Shown here piece by piece: positions 54,474-64,000 of a stretch of 64,000 nucleotides of DNA (within the stretch, counting starts at the first letter, position 1; the number at the start of each line of letters is the position of its first letter). The position numbers were made by a program, and so were the translations under genes. This DNA is from Octopus vulgaris. Taxonomy: Eukaryota. A model generated the notes under the pieces. That model saw only the letters and a list, made by a program, of their open reading frames with translations. It did no database searches and was not told where the DNA came from. The stretch covers positions 44,702,001-44,766,000 of the forward strand of contig OX597826.1 in NCBI GenBank assembly GCA_951406725.2. Reading direction: 5' to 3'.

Positions 54474-54716
54474 ATACATATAAGGGGTGTGACCACTAAG
54501 TGGACAACCATCATGCTAGAAGTAGACCCACTATGGTCTTACCACTAAGAAAATATTGCTATCAAGAAAATTCAGCAAATACTAGAACGTAAGCGAGCAA
54601 GACAAAAGATACAAAATATAATATTTTGTAACAATCTTTTCTTAGTGGTAAGACAATAAGGGGTCTACTTCTAGCATAAGGGATGTCCCCATAGTGGCCA
54701 TCCCCCTTATATGTAT
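54474..54716. mobile_element. Fold-back element with ~88-bp imperfect inverted arms
   Basis: atgctagaagtagaccc..gtcttaccactaagaaaa versus ttttcttagtggtaagac..gggtctacttctagcat; adjacent to (TA)n. Confidence 0.8.
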
Positions 54717-54718
54717 GG

Positions 54719-54764
<46 letters not shown>

Positions 54765-54789
54765 CGTATATATATGTGTGTGTGTACAG

Positions 54790-54990
54790 TTAGAGCGTTG
54801 GAATAATTGCCTGGTGCATTTCTTCTGGCTGTTTACCATCTGGGTTCCAATTCCATTTATGATATTTCTGCTTTTCGTCCTTCCGGTGTCGATAGAATAG
54901 AATAAATTACGGTGAAGTACTGGGGTTCAAAATTATCGACGAAATCTTTTCCTTCAAAAATTTCTAATCTTCTGCCCAAATCAGAAATAC
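54790..54990 (+). mobile_element. Diverged family A SINE
   Basis: cttttcgtccttccggtgtcgatagaat..aagtactgggg. Confidence 0.6.
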
Positions 54991-55059
54991 CACCCCTCAT
55001 ATATATATATATATATACATATTCATAAAGTATGAATATACGTTCTTGTATATATATAT

Positions 55060-55214
<155 letters not shown>

Positions 55215-55619
55215 GCATATGTCATATATGTATGTGTTTGTATTACGTTCAGTTTTATTTCTATTGTTCAAGAATTAATTTCCTGTCAGCTATTATATAA
55301 CTTGCTATTGTTAACTCCAGCTAAAGTATCATTTGATATCGTTAGCGAACTCTATTCTTATATATGTACTCAGTTCAATTACCTGTGTAGTATTTCTTAC
55401 GTGATTAACGTTCACTATACTTTAAGTTCGCATTTCATCTTTCTTCCGTCCTTTGTTTAAAGTCATGAAATAGGAGAGAAGAAAATAGCTTATCGCTTTT
55501 CAATTGAGTTGGTCTCATTGTTTCCGATTCTCGTTAGTCCCCTTAGTCTCTGACAGCTTATGAATAAGAAATTATATTTTCAAATGTTTCCCTGCTCGTT
55601 ATTTCCGAAATTATTTATA

Positions 55620-56090
55620 GATTATTATTATTATTGTTATTTTGGTTATCCTCCTCCCCCTCCTCCTCCTCATCATCATCATCATCATGACCACCACCAA
55701 CACCATCTCGACCACCACCACCACCACCACCACCTCCACCACCACCATCATCATTATCATCATCATCATCATCATCATCATTCTTTTTCTTCTTCTTCTT
55801 CTTCTTCATTTTCTTCTTCGTCTTCTTCTTCTCCTTCATTTTCTTCTTCTTCTTCTTCTTCTTCTTCTTCTTCTTCTTTATTTTCTTCTTCTTCTTCTCC
55901 TTCTTCATTTTCTTCTTCTTCTTCTTCCTCTTCTTTTTCTTCGTTTTTTCTTCTTCATTTTCTTCTTCTTTTTCTTCATTTTCTTCTTCTTCATTTCCTT
56001 CTTCTTCATTTTCTTCTTCTTCTTCTTCTTCTTCTTCTTCTCCTTTTTCTTCTTCTTCTCCTCCTTCTTCTCCTTTTTCTTCTTCTTCTT
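55620..56090. repeat. (CAT)/(CAC)/(CTT)n compound microsatellite
   Basis: Direct repeats. Confidence 0.95.
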
Positions 56091-57884
56091 CAGACTTCTG
56101 GTAAACCTCCTGGGAACGTCATGCTCTTTAGTGTTAGAGGCGGATTGGAATGGAGTTTTAGACGTAAAGTGGGATTGAATAGGTTTAGCAGGTGGAAGAG
56201 AAAGGTGTAAAAGCCTCGCAGACCTGCTCAGACGATTCCAACTGTCCGACTGATATCGACTGAATTTCCCAGGATGTGCCGGTGTGGACCTGGTCAAACC
56301 GCATCGGGTCATCCAGATCATATCTGCATAGGATATTCTGTAGAGTAGCAGATAAGGATAGCATAGGTTGTTCATAGTTTAAAGTAGTCGACTACACACA
56401 CCACAAATTTGTGATCTCTACAGTCGACTTAGATAAGCTTCATAGACAAGGACCACGTTACTGGAAGTTGAATACGTCGTTGCTGGCGCGTAAAGATATT
56501 TGAGACCAGATTAGTGAACTAGATAAGATGGCGTTGAAGAGGGGCAATAATCAACAATAAATGGTGACCCTAAAAAGGAAGATTATTATAGAATCGATAA
56601 GGTTTATCAATATCAAAAGACTAGCAGTAGACAGAAACAGAGTTACGAAGCTAGACGAGGCTTTTAGAAAAAGCATCGTGACCGACGTGTTCGCAGCATG
56701 ATTGACAATCGACCAATTCTTCAACGCGAAACACGAAGGTTGCGTTGTCAGAGTTAAGGCACGAATTCTTAGACACGAAGGGACAAAAACGGTTCAATTG
56801 GCACGAGTGGCAGAAACACGGTGTGGCAAAAAATCTACGATCTGATCCTAGCCGGACTACGGAAGGCAAATGATAACTGATACGAGATAGAGTTGTGCGG
56901 TTTTCAGTAGCGCTTCGCTCAAGTGTTAAGGAGCAGCGGTGAGCTGAGTCACAGGATGAATTTCACGTCCTACTTCGACGGGCTGCCGCGGCTTTTGGCT
57001 ACGGAATTGGAGCGCTGCGAAAGACCGATAACAGTCTTTGCAATATGGGAAACAAAGGCTAGCTGCACGTAGGGTAAATCGTCTAGTTGGATGTTCTGTC
57101 CTACGATCTTTACGCCTACATGCCAGAATTGTTCGGCGACCTCTTAGCAAACGTTTAGTGCAACTGGCAAGAAAATGGGAGAATTCCTTGTTTTGTGAGC
57201 TGAGGAGCTGTGGAATTGATGAGAAAAGACCCGTACAAGGGGGATTGTACTGATAATTTTAGGCCCATAACTCTGCTGAGTGGAGAGTTCAAAATTTTGG
57301 CGAAGGTATTAGTAACGAGGCCGGCGCTTGTCGTTGGGGATTTGGTAGGGGAGGTACAGACGTGTCCTACCCCGCAAAGATTCACCCAGGACAACCTCCA
57401 CCTCAGGTGATACATCATTGAGAATGTGGCTAAAGAACCTGGCACGGGTGGGGTCCTGATCAATTTAGATCAGTCTAAGGCTTTCGAGTAGGTCGACCAT
57501 ATATATCTGGCAGTGGTCCCCAAGGCAGCTGGTTTAAGGCCTGTATTCATAAGCTGGATCACTGCAATGCACAGCGACATCTTTCAGTGGTCCAAGTGAA
57601 CAGTCACCTCTCAGAGCTGTTCAACATCATGCGCTTCCGGCTCGGCACCTGGAGAAACAAGTCCATGCTGTCCAACTGCCTCTTTGGGCGCTGGATGGAC
57701 TGACCGGTTAAATTGCTCGAGAACTGGTTTGGTCCGGACCTCCAGATGGACAAAATCTGGGACGAGGTAACGAGCAGGGTGACTACTCTCACCCAGAAAT
57801 GGGATGAGAGAAAGTTATCACTGAAATGTCAGGCAGAAGTGGCTAATGCGTTTATCACATCCGTCATCAACTATCGCTTGTTTA
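56091..57884 (+). mobile_element. Tx1/L1-like LINE ORF2 remnant
   Basis: DWNGVLD (endonuclease); DNFRPITLLSGEFKILAKVL; LINLDQSKAFE*VDH; WDERKLSLKCQAEVAN; GC-richer than flanks. Confidence 0.85.
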
Positions 57885-57885
57885 C

Positions 57886-58027
57886 AAAAGGTGAATTATC
57901 CAAACCCCAAAGAATTCCTCTCAACACATGGCTATGATGCTCCTCCACATTCTTCTGCTCGTAATTATGCTCGACTGGTTAAACTCAAACAACTGACAAG
58001 CAAATCTGTGGTATCGAGCAGAATATT
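57886..58027 (-). mobile_element. Internal fragment of family D element
   Basis: caacacatggctatgatgctcc..caaacaactgacaagcaaatctgtggtat.gagcagaatattt matches 11700-11875. Confidence 0.85.
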
Positions 58028-58167
58028 TTTAATTTGACTTTCTATACGTTTGAATTTTTGCGTATAACTTTTTCATCTTGAACTCGACAAAGTCAGGCTA
58101 GCTGTTGAAGTATCTTTGAACCAATAAAATATCTATTGTAATTGCATCGTGCTCTTCGTATTGTCTA

Positions 58168-58193
58168 CTTATCATCATCATCATCATCATCAT

Positions 58194-58249
<56 letters not shown>

Positions 58250-58370
58250 ATAATAATAATAATAATAATAATAATAAGGATAATAATAATAATAATACTA
58301 TTACTACAACTACAACTACTACTATTACTACTATTACTATTACTGCTGCTGTTGCTGCTACTACTACTAT

Positions 58371-58402
<32 letters not shown>

Positions 58403-58414
58403 TTATCATTATTA

Positions 58415-58455
<41 letters not shown>

Positions 58456-58483
58456 GTTATTATTATTATTATTATTATTATTA
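58168..58483. repeat. (CAT)/(TAC)/(TAA)/(TTA)n compound microsatellite
   Basis: Direct repeats. Confidence 0.95.
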
Positions 58484-58789
58484 AAGTTGCTAGCGTTATT
58501 GTCTCACAATGACTATAATTAACTGTGATATACTTTAATGACGTATCATAAATATAGCTGATGCATAAGTATATCCTTGGCGCAATTTTAATGTCACTTC
58601 AAGCGTTGCTGGGTTTTTGCTTTTATTCAAAGATTATCTCAGTTTAATCACCAAAAACACCTTCGAGTACTTTATAACATCAGAGATAAAATACTTCCTT
58701 GCAGGCATAGTTGCAAGGATTTGACATCTCCTTCTGGATGAATGCATATCTCGCACTATAAATTATGCAAAAATAGGGGTAGCCATCCT

Positions 58790-59362
58790 CCCACATCACC
58801 ATCATTGCCACCTGCACCATTACCATTAGCACAAATACAACCAACACAACTACCATCTGCGCCAACATTACCATCGTCAACGCCACCATCGTCAGCAACA
58901 CACCACCGTTTACTGCAGCAGTAATAGTGCCACAACTGCGACCACTACGAACACCATCACCACCACCACCACCACTATTACCGCCACCATCATCATCACA
59001 ACCACTACCACCACTGCCATCACCGACATCACTGTCACCACCTATACCTCCACTACAATCATTACCATCATCATCACCACCAACACAATCACCACCACCA
59101 CTACCAACTCCATCACCAACACCACCCCCACCATCACCACAACCACTAACAACAACAACAACACCAACAACAACAACAACACCACCACCACCACCACAAC
59201 CTCTGCCACCATCATCATCACCGCCACTACCACTGCCACCATCACCGCAACAACTACTACTACTACCACCACTAATATTATCAACACTAGCACCACCATC
59301 GCTACCACTTACACCACAACAGCAGCAGCAGTAACACTAGCACCAACACCAACACCAATGCC

Positions 59363-59394
<32 letters not shown>

Positions 59395-59889
59395 CAGCAA
59401 CACCTCTATAACCAGCAGCAGTAGCAGCAGCATGATCAACATCACCGCTACCACCATCACCTGCAGCACAAACACAGCAACCTATAATACCATTCCTGTT
59501 CCTTCCTGCAGCGTCGGCACCGCCGCCACAACTGCAACCATCATCGTTAAAAGCTCCACCAACCTGCGGCACCATCAACATTATTTGCAGTGCCAACAAC
59601 ATTAACCATACGACCAGCAACACCGCCTGTAGCAGCACCACCGTCACCTCCATGATATATTACCACCAGCATGATTGTCATCAATACCACCAAGAATTCT
59701 ACCGCCACCATCACTACTCTGACCTCACCGCCACCATCACAAACACCACTACCACCACCACCACCACCACCAACAGCATCTCAGCACCAGTGCCACTACT
59801 TTGCGACATCGGCACTTTCACCACCGCTATTAACACACCTACCACCAACACAACAACCACTACCACATCCATTACTACTACTACTACTG

Positions 59890-59920
<31 letters not shown>

Positions 59921-60126
59921 CACCACCACCACTACTTCTACTACTACTACTACTCACCACCGCCACATCACCACCATCACAAACACCACCACTACCACCA
60001 CCACCACCACTACCACCACCACCACCACTACCAGCATCTCAGCACCAGTGCCACTACCTGCGACATTGGCACTATCATCACCGCTATGACCACACCTACC
60101 ACCAACACAACCACTACCACATCCAT

Positions 60127-60157
<31 letters not shown>
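58790..60157. repeat. (ACC)/(AAC)/(TAC) cryptic low-complexity region with internal ~245-bp duplication
   Basis: cagcatctcagcaccagtgccactac occurs at ~59774 and ~60032 with matching flanks. Confidence 0.85.
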
Positions 60158-60158
<1 letters not shown>

Positions 60159-60931
60159 AATGTTGCCATGCTTATTATCGTTATATTTGTCGATATCATT
60201 TACCTGGTGGTCTAATGCAAGTTGTTTGATATTTTCCATTTCACTGATGATATTTCACACCAAATAGCCAGAAGCGCCGTGTATGTATATATTAACCATA
60301 GCTACAGCTGAAAGAAAATAAATGTCTTGTAGCAATATATTTGTTTTTCCTTCTTTTTTTTTCTTCGAATAATTATTAATAGAATATACATAACAACACG
60401 TTATTTTAGTTATAAGCAACAACTTACGACCAAATGTTTCGCTGTTAATCATTATACAAAATAAAGAGCTTCATACGAAGCAACGTTAGGAATACATCTT
60501 CAGTCTTCAATATAAAAGTACTGTCCAGTCAATAATGAATTCTCTACGTAGTCTTTTGTCCTGCTAGAAATAACAACCAAGTTCTATCAAAATATACTAC
60601 AAAATCTTTTAAAGAATATGTGTAATTTTATTTTTAATATCATCTTATGTAATTTTGCAAGCTTGGGAGAAGTTTTATATCGTATTGCATATATTGAAAA
60701 ATAAAATGGGTTTGTCAGCGCTTCAGGGCTTTGCTCATAAGGTCTCCCTTCTCAGATCTGACCTTTGGCTGAACAGCAAAATCAGTAACAGCTACATCAA
60801 CAACAGCAACAAACACATCGTGTGAAATTACCTACGGCTACACATACTGTTCTTTCTGATATCTTTTAAAGTAGGCTCGCATTTTCTGTGACTCATTAAA
60901 AGTGTGTAGCTTAATAACAACAGCAGCAGGA

Positions 60932-60968
<37 letters not shown>

Positions 60969-60999
60969 ATAGTAGCTGTAACAACAAAAACATAAATAA

Positions 61000-61207
61000 T
61001 GAATTCAAATTTTTGGTACTAGGCCAGCAATTTCGAGGGGTGGGATTGAATCGATTACATCGACCCCCAGTGTTCAATGTTATTTTTATCGACCCAGGAA
61101 GGACAAAAAGTAAAGACTACATTGGCGGCATTTGAACGTAGAAAGTAAACATCTAGAAGGAATGCATTTTGTCTGGTGCGGTAGAGGTTCTGCCAACTCA
61201 CCTCCTA
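61000..61207 (-). mobile_element. Family A SINE
   Basis: tcgattacatcgacccccagtg..ggcggcatttgaacgtagaa..tctgccaactcacctcc. Confidence 0.8.
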
Positions 61208-61256
61208 AATAATAATAATAATAATAATAATAACAATAATAATAATAATAATAATA

Positions 61257-61770
61257 ATCTTAACTGATTGGAAGTGTTATCATGTACATTGTTTTGTCTT
61301 GGTATAAAAGATGGGCTACAGCAAATATTCTGCTCAATACCACAGATTTGCTTGTCAGTTGTTTGACCTTAACCAGTTGAGCATGTCCCTTAGTGGCTGA
61401 CGATATGTGCATCTCTGATCACGAGCAGAAGTAGTGGGGGAGCATCATAGCCATGTGTTGAGAGGGATTCTTTGGGGTTTGAATAGTTCACCTCTGGAAA
61501 CATGGGTGGTTCTTTCAACATCCTTAAACAACCCTTATTCAGGGACCGTTTGAGCGGGATGGGATACTCAACCTGAAGAAAATTCTAACTGGGCCCCACT
61601 TGCAAGGTCATGTGCTGTTTATCTTGATATGAGATCACCATGTCGCGCACATATGGTTGTGATGCATGTGCCTGGTGTACCTTTATCAGACGGGTAGTCA
61701 TGATGGGTATATTGGGCTTCGTATATTTTACCCCAGTGTCACTTTGATGGCATGAACTGCTCTCTCACTC
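61257..61770 (+). mobile_element. Family D element flanked on both sides by (AAT)n
   Basis: Reverse complement of 11424-11941; lacks ~40 bp at the left end. Confidence 0.9.
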
Positions 61771-61804
<34 letters not shown>

Positions 61805-61811
61805 GTAATGA

Positions 61812-62535
61812 TAATTGTCGAGTTCCAGGGTTCCAAGGTACTTGTACCCATCATCATTCGGGTTTTCCATTCTCTCTTCGTTGGACAACTCTGTGCCCCT
61901 AAAATCTGCTCTTTTCCCTCGTTTCAAAGTAAGCACTGCACGCTTCGAGATACCGAATTCCATCCCTATATCCACATCTGCACAGTGTTAGTCAACCTCT
62001 CCAGTTCAGGATCTGTAATTGGGAAGGGTTTTAAATCATCCATGAAGAAAAGGTTGAGAGACGAGCTCCATTCTTTTTCAGTTCATAGTCGGCGTTGACT
62101 TTGCGTATGACTACAGAAAGTGGGATCAAGGCTATAAAAAATAACAGAGCTGAACAAGAGTCTCCTTTGAAAATACCTTTTGATTGTTACCTCGGCTAAG
62201 CGCTGGTTGTTACAGAAAAGACGTCTATTCCAACTAGGAATGCTGTTCTTAATCAGTGCACAGACGTTCTCAGTTATTACACATATGTCGAGTGTATCCA
62301 AAGTCCATGAATACGGCAACATGTAAGTCTTTTCAAAATCTAACCAGGCCACGCACAAGTCTTCTTAGTACCGTTTATAGTTCTTCATTACAACCTTGTC
62401 AATCACAATGTGGTCCTTGGTGCTCTTGGATCCTTTTCGGCATTCCTTTTCTTCTAACGGAAGTAGATTGTTTTCCGCAAGGAACGTATATATTTTCCCT
62501 GCCAGGATGCCTGTTAACACCTTCCATAGGAATTT
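61812..62535 (-). mobile_element. R4/Dong-like LINE RT fragment
   Basis: WKVLTGILA..NNLLPLEEKECRKGSKSTKDHIVIDK; VAWLDFEK; LFFMDDLK; DIGMEFGISKRAVL; YKYLG. Confidence 0.88.
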
Positions 62536-63019
<484 letters not shown>

Positions 63020-63471
63020 ATGTCCTGATACACAGGCGCTCATCGCTTCTGATCTTAACTGATTGGAAATCATGTTCATGTTTTGTCTTGGTATAAAAAG
63101 ATGGGCTTACAGCAAATATTGTGTTGAAGGCCACACATTTGCTTGTCAGTAGCTTGACCTTAACCAGCTGATCATGCCCCACAGTGGTTAAAAATATAAC
63201 CACGAGTAGAATTAGTAGGGGAGCATCATAATCACGTGGTTGGAGGAATTCTCTGGTGTTTGAATAATTCACCTCTGAAAACATGGTTGTTTTGTTCTTC
63301 ATCCTTAAACATGCGCGACATGGTGATATGAGATCACCATGTCGGGCACATATGGTTATAATGCATGTGGCTGGTGTACCTTTACCAGACGGTTAGTCAA
63401 GATGGGTATATTGGGCTTCGTATATTTGTACACCATTGTCACTTTGCTGGCATGCGCTCCCCCCCCCTCTC
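63020..63471 (+). mobile_element. Diverged family D element with internal deletion/inversion
   Basis: Matches 61257-61770; ~100 bp is replaced by an inverted 16-mer at 63312-63327. Confidence 0.85.
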
Positions 63472-63569
63472 AAACATAATATTAATGAATGTTTCAAGGT
63501 TAACAAAATTTGTGAAGGGGTGAGACATTACATCAAATCCAGTATTCGAGAAAGTATGGCTTGAAAATC

Positions 63570-64000
63570 ATAACATGCCGGCGGAAAATAACATTACTAG
63601 GTGAGACAAGCTGACACTGAATTAGCTTCGCTGATTGACAGGTGACGGTCGTTTAGAGAATGCGTGGGCTAAGACTACGCGCCTTCATTGGTCAGTTAAA
63701 GTTGAGACAGTGTCACAGGACAAATTGTTGGGGCTGCATGCTGGAGGCTAGCAGCAGGTATTTAAAGGGAAAAAAATTGGCAAGACAGTCAGTCACCCGC
63801 TGACACTCGTTGACGCTACATCGAAGAGGCCAGGGAATAGAAGAAAGAAGAAAGAAGACATGCATCCAATACCACACCTGAAGACACCTCCGAAAGGGGG
63901 GCCCGCCACGTCAGAGCGGTGGAGGAGTAGGGGCCGAAACCGGACGTGGTTCCTCCTGATGATGTCTTGAGCTAAAGGAGCTGTTGTAGTAGCAGACCAC
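63570..64000 (+). mobile_element. GC-richer LTR/pLTR-like segment with promoter motifs and a hammerhead-like motif (truncated by window end)
   Basis: Reverse CCAAT (attgg 63687-63691), TATTTAAA 63759-63766, then CTGAAGA (63878-63884)...GGCCC/GGGCC-GAAACCGGAC-GTGGT. Confidence 0.5.

Noticed and set aside
58790-60267. Mucin/extensin-like Pro/Thr-rich ORFs
   Set aside because: Cryptic (ACC)n low complexity with stops in every frame and no convincing splice sites.
63042-63050. ATCGCTTCT matching the U2 snRNA 5' end
   Set aside because: Only 9 nt; the other complete family D copy differs here and the U2 continuation is absent.

Overview
AT-rich eukaryotic (animal) genomic DNA, probably intronic or intergenic, and saturated with microsatellites ((TA)n, (TAA)n, (CAT)n, (TACA)n, (CTT)n) and decayed transposable elements. 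The SINE repertoire and repeat landscape suggest a cephalopod such as Octopus; this is recognition from memory, not a database result. Nearly all ORFs in the supplied track are translations of microsatellites. Recognisable content: three tRNA-derived SINE families in many copies; a ~560-bp (TAA)n-flanked non-coding element; LINE remnants (R4/Dong-like, HERO-like, R2-like, CR1-group, Tx1-like, Penelope-like); Tc1, mariner and Tigger remnants; and a Helentron-type element. No intact transposase, RT or identifiable host gene was found, only a few short candidate exons. The most interesting signals are: (i) ~210-bp elements embedded in (TA)n that carry covarying, variant minimal hammerhead-ribozyme-like motifs; (ii) a further hammerhead-like motif downstream of a CCAAT/TATA promoter at the window end; (iii) several fold-back elements; and (iv) a head-to-tail SINE trimer bounded by a single target-site duplication. 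All alignments and folds were done by eye, and boundaries are approximate unless a TSD is given.
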